Assembly (NCBI GenBank): GCA_000999095.1
Contig: LCFP01000012.1
Span: 68,140-132,139, forward strand
Length of the DNA: 64,000 nucleotides
Reading direction: 5' to 3'
DNA from: Candidatus Gottesmanbacteria bacterium GW2011_GWA2_43_14
Lineage (GTDB): Bacteria > Patescibacteriota > Microgenomatia > 2-02-FULL-39-11
A model generated the notes under the pieces. It was not told the DNA's origin and did no database searches. It saw nothing but the letters and a program-made list of their open reading frames with translations. Every line of letters begins with the position of its first letter. Position 1 is the first letter of the stretch. Below, one piece after another: positions 55,746 to 64,000 of this stretch. The position numbers and the translations under genes are program-made.

Positions 55746-56321
55746 ATGCTTAAAGAACTAATAATCTCGCGGGTCAGGGTAAAAATTCTGCGACTCTTCT
55801 TTTTGTCCCCGGGAAATATTTATCATGTCAGGGAAATAGTCCGCCGCACCGAAGAGGAAATCAACGCCGTCAGAAGGGAATTGGCCCATTTGGAAAAAGC
55901 GGGCATTATGAGCAAGGAAAGGCGCGCCAACCGTCTTTTCTATATGCTCCGGAAAGATTATGCTTTGTATTACGACCTTATGGCACTCCTCGAGAAAACC
56001 ATGGGACTGGGTGGGGAACTATTGAAAAACAAGGCAAAACTAGGCAAAATCAAATACGCCATGATAGCAGGCCGCTTTGCCCGCCATATTCCCAGAAGCG
56101 GCAATGAAGTTGATCTTTTGATTGTCGGCAAAGTAGTCCTGCCGGAACTGGGCCAAATCGTCCGTAAGGAGGAAGTCCGCCGCGAAGGCGAAATCAATTA
56201 TACGGTGATGACTGAGGATGAATTTGAATTCAGAAAGAAAAGGCGGGACCCGTTCATTATTGATGTATTAAAAGGCTCAAGGATAATGATCATCGGAGAT
56301 GAATACGAACTGGTGAAGTAA
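55746..56321 (+). CDS. putative winged-helix transcriptional regulator with an uncharacterised C-terminal domain
   Basis: N-terminal wHTH-like RVKILRLFFLSPGNIYHVREIVRRTEEEINAVRRELAHLEKAGIM. 191 aa. Confidence 0.4.
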   Translation: MLKELIISRVRVKILRLFFLSPGNIYHVREIVRRTEEEINAVRRELAHLEKAGIMSKERRANRLFYMLRKDYALYYDLMALLEKTMGLGGELLKNKAKLGKIKYAMIAGRFARHIPRSGNEVDLLIVGKVVLPELGQIVRKEEVRREGEINYTVMTEDEFEFRKKRRDPFIIDVLKGSRIMIIGDEYELVK

Positions 56322-56341
56322 GGACTGCCCCGCAACCATTC

Positions 56342-56524
56342 ATGAAACATAAGGTCATCAGAGCAGGTTTGCACAGTCTGGCGGTTATCATTCCGTCCCA
56401 GTTTATCCAGGCACTGGGCATCAAAAAGGGAGATACGGCCGATGTTACGGTTTTCAGGCACAAAGGTGAAGTCAGGATCAAATTTAAAGGCAATCTGCAG
56501 CTTTTATTGCCGGAAGGTAAATGA
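56342..56524 (+). CDS. small AbrB/MazE/SpoVT-like swapped-hairpin DNA-binding protein (60 aa)
   Basis: LAVIIPSQFIQALGIKKGDTADVTV pattern. Immediately upstream of secD. Confidence 0.35.
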   Translation: MKHKVIRAGLHSLAVIIPSQFIQALGIKKGDTADVTVFRHKGEVRIKFKGNLQLLLPEGK

Positions 56525-57856
56525 GTGAAATCAGATAGACGTCTTTTATGGCTTATTGCGGTTTTGACGGTATTGTCAATCTGGATTGTGCTGCCGGAAA
56601 AAATGGAAATCTCCCTGCCGTTTTTGAATAATCTCAAAAGAACGGTTGGGTCCCCGGAAATTAATATCAACCTCGGACCGGTCAAATTGCAGCGGAAATT
56701 TACCACCCGCCTGGGTTTGGACCTTTCCGGCGGGACGCATCTGGTGATGGAAGCGGATATGGCTAAAATACCTGAAGCCGACCGCAAAAGCGCTTTTGAC
56801 AGTGCCAAAAACATCGTCGAGACCAGAATCAACCTCTACGGGCTGACGGAACCGGTGATCCAGGAGTCAAAAGTCGGCGATGCCTTCCGGATTATTGTGG
56901 AAATCCCGGGAGTGGCCAATTTACAGGATGCGGTTGACCTGATCGGGACCACAGCCCAGTTGTCATTCCGGGAAGAGGCGTCGGATGCGGCCAAGGTCGC
57001 TACCCCGTCATCGCTTCTGGAGGTCTGGCCGACGGAATCAGGCATAACCGGCAAAAATCTGAAAAAAAGCGAAGTTGTTTTTGACCAGAACAGCGGCAAC
57101 CCGCAGGTCAGCCTGCAGTTTGACTCGGAGGGAGCAAAAGAATTTGAAGAGCTGACCAAACGGAGTACCGGTAAAACCGTGGCCATTTTCCTTGATGACC
57201 AGTTGCTGTCGGCCCCCCGTGTCAGTACGGCCATCACCGGCGGCAACGCCGTTATCCAGGGCTCATTTTCGGTCAAGGAAGCCCGCGACCTGTCGGTCAT
57301 GCTCAATGCCGGCGCTTTGCCCGTACCTTTGAATGTCATCCAGCAAAGGCATATCGGAGCTACATTAGGCCGGGACACCATCCAGAGAAGCCTGATTGCC
57401 GGCGCGATCGGACTTTCCACAGTGGCCGTTTTCATGATTGTCAATTACGGTTTATTGGGATTGGTTGCCGATTGTGCTTTGATTGTCTATGCTCTTTTAG
57501 TCATGTCAGTCTTCAAGCTCGTTCCGGTTACTTTGACTTTGGCAGGTATTGCCGGATTTATTCTCTCAATCGGCATGGCAGTCGACGCCAATATACTGAT
57601 ATTTGAAAGGTTGAAAGAGGAACTTCGTTGGGGCAAGGATTTTTCAACCGCCTTACACTTAGGCTTCAACCGGGCTTTTCCTTCGATTTGGGACTCCAAT
57701 CTCTCTTCGCTTATAACCTGCGCTATTTTATACTGGTTCGGAACAGGCATCGTCAGGGGTTTTGCCGTGACTTTGGCCATAGGCATTGTTGTCTCCCTGT
57801 TTTCCGCCGTCACCGTGACCCGGACGTTATTAAGGTTGATGTATCCTGAAAGATAA
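56525..57856 (+). CDS. secD: protein translocase subunit SecD
   Basis: LGLDLSGGTHLVMEAD, periplasmic domain, and a C-terminal 6-TM bundle. Confidence 0.9.
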   Translation: MKSDRRLLWLIAVLTVLSIWIVLPEKMEISLPFLNNLKRTVGSPEININLGPVKLQRKFTTRLGLDLSGGTHLVMEADMAKIPEADRKSAFDSAKNIVETRINLYGLTEPVIQESKVGDAFRIIVEIPGVANLQDAVDLIGTTAQLSFREEASDAAKVATPSSLLEVWPTESGITGKNLKKSEVVFDQNSGNPQVSLQFDSEGAKEFEELTKRSTGKTVAIFLDDQLLSAPRVSTAITGGNAVIQGSFSVKEARDLSVMLNAGALPVPLNVIQQRHIGATLGRDTIQRSLIAGAIGLSTVAVFMIVNYGLLGLVADCALIVYALLVMSVFKLVPVTLTLAGIAGFILSIGMAVDANILIFERLKEELRWGKDFSTALHLGFNRAFPSIWDSNLSSLITCAILYWFGTGIVRGFAVTLAIGIVVSLFSAVTVTRTLLRLMYPER

Positions 57857-58743
57857 TGAATATCATCAAATATAAGAACTGGTTTTTCGCTTTTTCCGGT
57901 GCAATCATACTTCCGGGTATTGTTTCCCTTCTTGTTTGGGGAATCAAACCCTCCATAGATTTTACCGGAGGCAGCCTTTTAGAGATTAAAGCAGTTGACG
58001 AAGATAAAAATCTTGATACAAACCGTCTGGCTTCCATTGCCAAGGACCAGGGGATCCAACTCGTTTCTGCTTCAAGGACTCAGGACGGCACTTATCTTCT
58101 CCGTTTAAAGCCTCTTGATAAAGACCAGAACAGGAATTTCCAAAATAAAATTTCCCAGGAGCTGTCGCCCGTCGAGGAAGTCCGTTTCGAAACTGTCGGA
58201 CCGACAATTGGGGCCGAAACTACCCGCAATGCCTTTTATGCCGTGGTTGTGTCTACCATCGCGATTATTATATATATCGCTCTGTCATTCCGGGCTATTC
58301 CCAAACCGTATTCATCCTGGAAGTTCGGCGTCAGTGCTGTATTGACCCTGATCCATGATGTGGTATTGGTGGTGGGGGTTTTTTCCCTCCTGGGACGCTT
58401 TTTCAATGTTGAGGTAGACAGTCTGTTTATCACCGCGCTTTTGACGATCATGGGTTTTTCCATACATGACTCGATTGTGGTCTACGACCGCATCAGGGAA
58501 AATTTACGGAAAATGCCGGGGGAGGATTTTGCCTACATCGTCAATGAGTCGATAGTGCAAACCTTGGCCAGGTCTCTCTCGACTTCATTGACCGTGCTGT
58601 TCACGCTTTTTGCCCTGCTTTTATTTTCCGGAGAATCAATCCGCTGGTTTGTCTTTGCCTTGCTGATCGGTATTGCCTCAGGCAGCTATTCATCCATCCT
58701 GGCCGCCCCTATCCTCATTGCCTGGGAAAAACGCAAGAACTAG
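57856..58743 (+). CDS. secF: protein translocase subunit SecF
   Basis: IDFTGGSLLEIK and 6 TM helices. Start overlaps the secD stop. Confidence 0.9.
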   Translation: MNIIKYKNWFFAFSGAIILPGIVSLLVWGIKPSIDFTGGSLLEIKAVDEDKNLDTNRLASIAKDQGIQLVSASRTQDGTYLLRLKPLDKDQNRNFQNKISQELSPVEEVRFETVGPTIGAETTRNAFYAVVVSTIAIIIYIALSFRAIPKPYSSWKFGVSAVLTLIHDVVLVVGVFSLLGRFFNVEVDSLFITALLTIMGFSIHDSIVVYDRIRENLRKMPGEDFAYIVNESIVQTLARSLSTSLTVLFTLFALLLFSGESIRWFVFALLIGIASGSYSSILAAPILIAWEKRKN

Positions 58744-58744
58744 C

Positions 58745-58781
58745 CATACACCCTCCAGGTGTTATGAGGCTACACCTATTC
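58745..58781. repeat. second copy of the REP-like palindromic element (CCATACACC-CTCCAG-GTGT-TATGAGGCTACACC-TATT) at the secF/cca convergent junction
   Basis: About 30 of 37 nt identical to 47431-47467. Overlaps the cca stop codon. Confidence 0.55.
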
Positions 58782-60149
58782 TTTGAGGGTTATTTCTTTT
58801 TTCAAATCTTTTATTCTTTTAAGCAGAATCTCGCGCGTATTGGGCAGTTTGCCTTCAGAAACATCATTGAAAAGCATATTGAGGACCGAGCCGACCATAG
58901 GACCGGAACCGATATTATAAATTTCCATGACATCGCGGCCGTTGGCTTTCAGGTCGGTGACGGAGAACGGCTGTTTTTGTACTTCAAGAAGCCTTTTTTT
59001 GAAAAGCTCGAGCCTCCACGAAGTTTCCCGGGCACCGCCTCCCAGCCTGTCGCCCGTTCTTAAATGAAGCATATCGGCGAGATACTCTTTGCCGACGTTT
59101 TTGATAAAGCGCCGGAGAGCCGAATCTGTCTGCCTCTCATCAACAGTAAACTGGTGGAAACGAACCAGTCGGACAAGTTTTTCGGAGTCTTTTTTTGACA
59201 TGTGAAGCCTGGCGGCAATGTTTCTGACGATTGAGGCACCGACAATCTCATGGTTGTAAAAGGTGATGACCCCTTCATCGGTTTTGCGGAAAGTCGGCGG
59301 TTTGCCCACATCATGCAGAAGCGTCGCCAGGCGGACAACCGGGTCCCTGGAAGGAGTGTTTTTCAGAGATTCCAACAGGTGGTTGCCCACATCGAGCGTG
59401 TGGTGTCTTTTGGGGCTTTTCTGTTCCACTTGGAAACACTTATCAAGCTCCGGCAGTATTTCCGCCAGAAGCAGACTGTTTCGCAAAAGCCTGATGCCTT
59501 CGGTGGGATACGCAGAGGCAAGGATTTTTAAAAGTTCTTCCCTTACCCTTTCTGCCGATATTTTATTGATAAGTTTGGCGTTATCAGTTATGGCTTGAAA
59601 GGTTTTTTCCTCTATCACAAAACCCAATTCAGAAGCCAGGCGGACAGCTCTCATCATCCTCAGGGCATCCTCGTTAAATCTTTCCGGGGCTTTTCCCACG
59701 CTGCGGATGATTTTTTTCTCCAGATCTTTAAGACCTTCAAAAAGATCGGTAATTTCGCTGCCGTCGTAAGCCATGGCATTGACAGTGAAATCCCTTCTTT
59801 GCAGATCCTCTTCCAATTTTTGTCCGAACACTATTTCGTCAGGGTGGCGGAAATCGCTGTAGCCCTTTTCACTGCGGTAAGTGGTAATTTCATAAACCGT
59901 TTTTTTATAGGGATTGTCCCGGTCCATGGGGATGCCGACCGTACCGAATTTATTATCATAGAAACTGTCGGGAAAAAGTTTCTGAATTTGGTCCGGTGTG
60001 GCGTTGGTGGTGAAATCCCAGTCATTTGTCGGGCGTCCAATGACCAGGTCGCGGACACAGCCGCCGACGGCATAGCAGTCAAAGCCGGCTTTTTTCATTT
60101 TGACAATTATCGCAGAAACTTCCTTCGACAATTTAAATTTATTTTTCAT
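58776..60149 (-). CDS. cca: CCA-adding tRNA nucleotidyltransferase with HD domain
   Basis: GFDCYAVGGCVRDLVIGRPTNDWDFTT (pol-beta NTase). HD motif HHTLDVGNHL ... LLHDVGKP. Confidence 0.85.
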   Translation of the reverse strand: MKNKFKLSKEVSAIIVKMKKAGFDCYAVGGCVRDLVIGRPTNDWDFTTNATPDQIQKLFPDSFYDNKFGTVGIPMDRDNPYKKTVYEITTYRSEKGYSDFRHPDEIVFGQKLEEDLQRRDFTVNAMAYDGSEITDLFEGLKDLEKKIIRSVGKAPERFNEDALRMMRAVRLASELGFVIEEKTFQAITDNAKLINKISAERVREELLKILASAYPTEGIRLLRNSLLLAEILPELDKCFQVEQKSPKRHHTLDVGNHLLESLKNTPSRDPVVRLATLLHDVGKPPTFRKTDEGVITFYNHEIVGASIVRNIAARLHMSKKDSEKLVRLVRFHQFTVDERQTDSALRRFIKNVGKEYLADMLHLRTGDRLGGGARETSWRLELFKKRLLEVQKQPFSVTDLKANGRDVMEIYNIGSGPMVGSVLNMLFNDVSEGKLPNTREILLKRIKDLKKEITLKE

Positions 60150-60170
60150 TTTAGTGTTATTATATCCTAT

Positions 60171-61862
60171 ATGAAGAAATGGCTTGTGGCTTCAGATAAG
60201 CATTTTAACGTCAGTGACGATCATGTTTACGAAAAAATTATTTCGGAGCTTTTATCCAACAGGGGCTTGACCGGCAAAAAGAATATCGCTAAATTCCTGC
60301 ACCCGGATTTAAAGGAAATAAACTTCCGGGAAGCGGGAATTGACGAAAGTGAGTTGTCCAAAGCGGCTGAAAGGGTAAAGAAAGCCATAAAAAACAAAGA
60401 GCAGATGGTAGTTTACACGGATTATGATGTCGACGGCATTACCTCCGGCGCCATTATATGGGAAACAATCAATGACTTGGGAGGTAAAATCATGCCTTTT
60501 GTGCCGCACAGGGTTACGGAAGGCTACGGACTGTCCGAAACCGGTATTGACCGCGTCATAGAGAAGTTCGATCCCCGGCTGATTATTACGGTTGACCACG
60601 GCATTACGGCAGCGGAGCAGATATCTTATGCCAAAAAAAAAAGTATTGACGTAGTTGTTATCGACCATCATCTGGCTCCGGAAAAACTGCCGAAGGCAGT
60701 GTCCGTCGTCCATTCAACTAAAATGGCAGCCGGCGGCGTAGCCCTTTTGTTCGCCGTCTATCTGTATGAAAAACTCCGCGGACAAAAGGAGGCCGATAAA
60801 AAATTTCTCTCCTTTTTGGATCTGGCAGCCTTGGCCACCATTGCCGACCTTGTTCCTCTGGCCGGAATGAACAGGGTGCTGGTGAAGTACGGCCTTGTGA
60901 GTTTACAAAATACCAAACGGGTAGGACTTGAAGCGTTGATTGCTTCGGCGGGACTGGATAAATCGAAAATTGACGTCTACAGCGTCAGCCATATGCTGGC
61001 GCCAAGGTTAAATAGCACCGGCCGGATCCTGCATGGGCTTGATTCCCTGCGGCTTATCTGCACCAGGGACAGGCAGCGGGCTGTGGAATTGGCCGAAAAG
61101 ATAAGCATGATCAACCGCGACCGCCAACTGATGACAGACGACAACACAGCCAGGGCAAGGGAATTACTGCGGGTTGAGGAGGTAAAGGGTAAAATGGGAA
61201 AACTCATTTTTATAGCCAGCGATTACAACCAGGGAATCATCGGTTTGATTGCCGGCAAACTTGTTGATCTGTACCAGCGGCCGGCAATCGTGGTTTCCGT
61301 GGGAGCTGAATTCTGCAAGGCTTCGGCCAGAAGCGTGGCCGGCTTCAATATTGTCGGGCTTTTGAGGCAGGCTACAGATCTTTTGGTTGATGTCGGCGGT
61401 CATCCGATGGCTGCAGGCTTTACCGTCAGGAAAGACAAACTGGAAATTTTGAAGAAAACTCTTCAGGGTCTTACCGAAAAGACTTTGACTGATGGATTGC
61501 TGGTTGGGACTTTGGCTGTTGATTTGATTTTAGATCTTACGCTTGCCAATCTCAAATTGCTTCAAGCTCAGGAAGACCTGGCACCGTTCGGCATGGGGAA
61601 TCCACAGCCGGTATATGCTTCATACGGGACAGTCCTTGCAGGATATTCGCGGGTGGGAAGGGACCAGAAGCACCTCAAGTTTATATTAAAAGGCGGGGCG
61701 GCATATCTTGAGGCCATCGCTTTTAATTTCGGCGATTTGGCCACCCAGTTGTCGCCGGGAGTGAAGCTGGATGTGGCTTATACCTTAAACCGTGACGGCT
61801 GGAAAGGTAAAGATAACTTGATTTTAAAAATAAAGGATGTTAGGGTAAGCGCTAATCTTTAG
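60171..61862 (+). CDS. recJ: single-stranded-DNA-specific exonuclease RecJ
   Basis: DHH motifs (VVYTDYDVDGITSGAI, ITVDHGI, IDHH) and DHHA1 (GGHPMAAG). The real start is MKKWLVASDKHF. The track ORF 59595.. is an artefactual upstream extension antisense to cca. Confidence 0.9.
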   Translation: MKKWLVASDKHFNVSDDHVYEKIISELLSNRGLTGKKNIAKFLHPDLKEINFREAGIDESELSKAAERVKKAIKNKEQMVVYTDYDVDGITSGAIIWETINDLGGKIMPFVPHRVTEGYGLSETGIDRVIEKFDPRLIITVDHGITAAEQISYAKKKSIDVVVIDHHLAPEKLPKAVSVVHSTKMAAGGVALLFAVYLYEKLRGQKEADKKFLSFLDLAALATIADLVPLAGMNRVLVKYGLVSLQNTKRVGLEALIASAGLDKSKIDVYSVSHMLAPRLNSTGRILHGLDSLRLICTRDRQRAVELAEKISMINRDRQLMTDDNTARARELLRVEEVKGKMGKLIFIASDYNQGIIGLIAGKLVDLYQRPAIVVSVGAEFCKASARSVAGFNIVGLLRQATDLLVDVGGHPMAAGFTVRKDKLEILKKTLQGLTEKTLTDGLLVGTLAVDLILDLTLANLKLLQAQEDLAPFGMGNPQPVYASYGTVLAGYSRVGRDQKHLKFILKGGAAYLEAIAFNFGDLATQLSPGVKLDVAYTLNRDGWKGKDNLILKIKDVRVSANL

Positions 61863-61866
61863 AACC

Positions 61867-63369
61867 ATGCGCAAAATACCGACAACCATGGCTACCCAGC
61901 ATCCGGACAATGCCGGCAAGCCCTATTGGCACACACGCCCTTTTATATCTTCTTCCGCGGAACTTAAGGAAAGCTACCTTTGTTTTTCCGACCTCTCAAT
62001 CGATGAGTACAACTGGGATTGGGAAGGCAAATTTGTTGATGAGGCTGTTGTCGACAGGCTTTTGCATGAGTATTATCCGTATTTCCGTAAAAATCCCTTA
62101 GGCCGGGAGAAATTCCTAACCTTCCGTTTTCCCAATCCGCGTGTGGAAAAGCAATTCCGGCTGGCCAGGGCTCTGATGGTGGCCATCACTTCCAGCCAGC
62201 TTTCCCGCAGTTTGGGATTTGACCGGCCGCCTATTTTTGAAGCTATTTTGCCGCTGACCGAAACTGCGGAGGAAATCATCGACATTCAGGAAGCTTACCG
62301 CCTTCTGGTGGGGATTGAACACCGGCTCTTGAAGATGAACGAATCACTGTCCCATATGGAGATCATTCCGCTTTTTGAACAGGTATCGACCATCATGTAT
62401 TCCGATGAACTATTGGCCAAATATATTGATCTACACCTTAAAAAATTCAAGAAGAAGCCGGCTTATATCAGGCCTTACTGTGCCCGCAGCGATCCGGCTT
62501 TAAATTCGGGCCTGGTTCCTACCATTCTGGCTTTGAAAGTAGCCCTGTCAAAATACAGGAAGCTGGAAGAGGCAAAAGGCGTGCCTCTTTACCCGATGCT
62601 GGGTACAGGCTCCCTGCCTTTCCGGGGCGGACTTTCGCCTGCAAATGTCGGTAATTCTCTCAAAGAATATGCCGGCGTCGACACCCTGACCATTCAAAGC
62701 GCTTTCCGTTATGACTATCCGAAAAAGGAAGTCGTAGCCGCCATAAAAAAAATTAATGCCGAATTGCCGGAAAACCGGGCGGCCCAACTTACATCCTTTG
62801 AAGTTAGGGAAGTCGAAGAAGTAATTCCGGGTTTTATCAAAAATTACCGTACTACGGTCGAAAATATAGCTGGAATTATCAATGCTGTTTCCGGCCATGT
62901 TTCCAAAAGACGGGAAAGGATGCAGCATATCGGTTTGTTCGGCTACAGCCGGGGGGTGGGGAAAGTGCAACTGCCGCGCGCCATCACATTCACGGCAGCC
63001 TTATATTCTTTGGGAGTGCCGCCTGAGCTGATCGGAACGGGCAGGGGACTTGCCGAAGCGAAAAAAAAGGGGCTTTTAAATTCAGTCAGGCGCCACTATC
63101 TGTTTTTAAAAGAGGATTTGCAACAGGCAGGTTTTTATCTGAATAAAAAAAATTTGGAAATATTGGCAGGCCGGTCGAATTACTGGCAGGAGGTTGAGGA
63201 GGACATTAGGCAAATCGAGAAAATTATGGAGCTGGAATTGGGTCCTGAAACCGGGGAGCACAGGAAGCACCTTTTAATCACGGAAAAGATCCTGGATAAA
63301 TATTACCGGAACCAAAATATCAGCCAGCTTATTACCTTGGGCGGATTATTGAGAAGAAGCCTGGGGTGA
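61867..63369 (+). CDS. ppcA: archaeal-type phosphoenolpyruvate carboxylase
   Basis: MATQHPDNAGKPYW N-terminus and about 500 aa length are typical of PepcA-type PEPC. Confidence 0.8.
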   Translation: MRKIPTTMATQHPDNAGKPYWHTRPFISSSAELKESYLCFSDLSIDEYNWDWEGKFVDEAVVDRLLHEYYPYFRKNPLGREKFLTFRFPNPRVEKQFRLARALMVAITSSQLSRSLGFDRPPIFEAILPLTETAEEIIDIQEAYRLLVGIEHRLLKMNESLSHMEIIPLFEQVSTIMYSDELLAKYIDLHLKKFKKKPAYIRPYCARSDPALNSGLVPTILALKVALSKYRKLEEAKGVPLYPMLGTGSLPFRGGLSPANVGNSLKEYAGVDTLTIQSAFRYDYPKKEVVAAIKKINAELPENRAAQLTSFEVREVEEVIPGFIKNYRTTVENIAGIINAVSGHVSKRRERMQHIGLFGYSRGVGKVQLPRAITFTAALYSLGVPPELIGTGRGLAEAKKKGLLNSVRRHYLFLKEDLQQAGFYLNKKNLEILAGRSNYWQEVEEDIRQIEKIMELELGPETGEHRKHLLITEKILDKYYRNQNISQLITLGGLLRRSLG

Positions 63370-63409
63370 GCTATACTAAAGAGGAATATTCCTGTCCCGA
63401 ACCTGATTT

Positions 63410-64000
63410 ATGAAAACAATTTCACCTTCCCGCCGCGCTCTGGAAGCGCCCGCTTCTGCCATCAGGAAGCTGGTGCCTTTGGCTGACGCTGCCAAAAAAA
63501 GGGGCATAAAGGTTTATCACGTCAATATCGGACAGCCTGATTTGCCGACACCCGCTCCCGTCATGAAAGCTATCAGGGAATTTCCCGAGAAAACCCTGGA
63601 ATATGCTCCTTCAGCCGGCATAAGAGAAGCACTGGAGGCCTGGGAAACATTTTACCGGAAGAAGAAATTCCCTTTTTCGGTTCAGGATCTGCTGATTACC
63701 TCAGGGGGCAGCGAAGGTCTGATTTTTGCTTTTTTCGCGGTAACCGACCCCGGTGACGAAATAATCATGTTTGAACCCTTCTACACAAGTTATGCCATTA
63801 TTGCCGCCATGGGCGCAATCAGGATTGTTCCTGTGACAACACAGGTAGAAGACGGCTATCATCTGCCTGATAAAAAAACTATTGAGGGTGCGATAACCTC
63901 CAAAACCCGGGCTATATTAGTATGCAATCCCAATAATCCTACAGGCACACTCTACCGGGATGAGGAAGTGAAGCTCATAAAAGAGATTGCCCTGGAACGA
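63410..64000 (+). CDS. class I PLP-dependent aminotransferase (aspartate/aromatic type); 3' end outside the window
   Basis: Aminotransferase class I/II N-terminal pattern (KVYHVNIGQPDLPTP ... LVCNPNNPTG). Confidence 0.75.
   Translation, partial: MKTISPSRRALEAPASAIRKLVPLADAAKKRGIKVYHVNIGQPDLPTPAPVMKAIREFPEKTLEYAPSAGIREALEAWETFYRKKKFPFSVQDLLITSGGSEGLIFAFFAVTDPGDEIIMFEPFYTSYAIIAAMGAIRIVPVTTQVEDGYHLPDKKTIEGAITSKTRAILVCNPNNPTGTLYRDEEVKLIKEIALER

Noticed and set aside
59595-60170. N-terminal 192-aa extension of the recJ ORF in the six-frame track
   Set aside because: - It runs antisense through the cca coding region.
- It has no homology signal.
- recJ clearly starts at MKKWLVASDKHF (60171), divergent from cca with a 21-nt spacer.
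1-64000. Search for tRNA, rRNA, CRISPR arrays and transposases
   Set aside because: - No tRNA-like T-loop/acceptor pattern.
- No rRNA.
- No spaced direct-repeat array.
- No transposase/integrase ORF, so the AT-rich island has no visible mobility genes in this window.

Overview
This 64 kb window is bacterial and gene-dense. Nearly every gene from about 2.3 kb to 47.4 kb is on the + strand, the leu operon is convergent on the - strand, and the last 10 kb is mixed. GC is moderate except for a clearly AT-rich block at about 16.6-31.9 kb (judged by eye, not computed).

- **Housekeeping genes, left to right:** coaBC; a RelB/RelE toxin-antitoxin pair inserted antisense; miaB then miaA (miaA appears to use a non-ATG start); an AI-2E transporter; membrane and secreted proteins; a Phd/PIN toxin-antitoxin pair; the RNase P RNA gene (rnpB) with a near-consensus promoter; and a secreted trio of a collagen-like protein, a metzincin protease and an Fn3-domain protein.
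- **Glycan biosynthesis locus (about 19 kb, + strand, 12.0-31.9 kb):**
  - Wzx-like flippase.
  - Three GT2 and three or four GT4 glycosyltransferases, including a GT2 resembling polyprenyl-phosphate sugar synthases (GtrB/ArnC/DPM1 type).
  - A B12-binding radical SAM enzyme.
  - DegT aminotransferase, hexapeptide acetyltransferase and WecB epimerase.
  - Four SAM methyltransferase domains, one fused to a GT4.
  - Two very large YfhO/GT-C-like membrane proteins.
  - A LytR_C-domain membrane protein.
  - A gene with an apparent frameshift at its 3' end.
  - The locus is followed by an SDR sugar epimerase.
- **After the glycan locus:** a DUF4143 AAA ATPase, adenine deaminase and a bactofilin-like secreted protein.
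- **ilv operon (+ strand):** ilvD-ilvB-ilvN-ilvC-[threonine-synthase-fold PLP enzyme fused to a LeuA-type allosteric domain]-ridA-ilvE. The fused gene sits where ilvA normally sits, and I do not know this architecture from the literature.
- **leu operon (- strand, convergent):** cupin-leuA-leuC-leuD-leuB.
- **Leader-peptide attenuators:** both operons appear to carry one. The ilv leader encodes MTARHGNEINILSIIVLVIGQGKMREA and the leu leader encodes MSKIKSNMTGISLLNPDLSLLLKV. Their terminator hairpins are nearly identical.
- **Right-hand end:** a short operon of small proteins including an unannotated 46-aa zinc-ribbon protein, DUF4446 and DUF3048 proteins, secD-secF, cca divergent from recJ, an archaeal-type PEP carboxylase and a partial class-I aminotransferase.
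- **Repeats:** a 37-nt ACACC/GGTGT palindromic element recurs at two convergent gene junctions, and a related hairpin sits inside the ilv operon.
- **Not found:** rRNA, tRNA, CRISPR array, transposase.

Coordinates I derived by hand (leader peptides, rnpB, promoters, hairpins) may be off by 1-2 nt.
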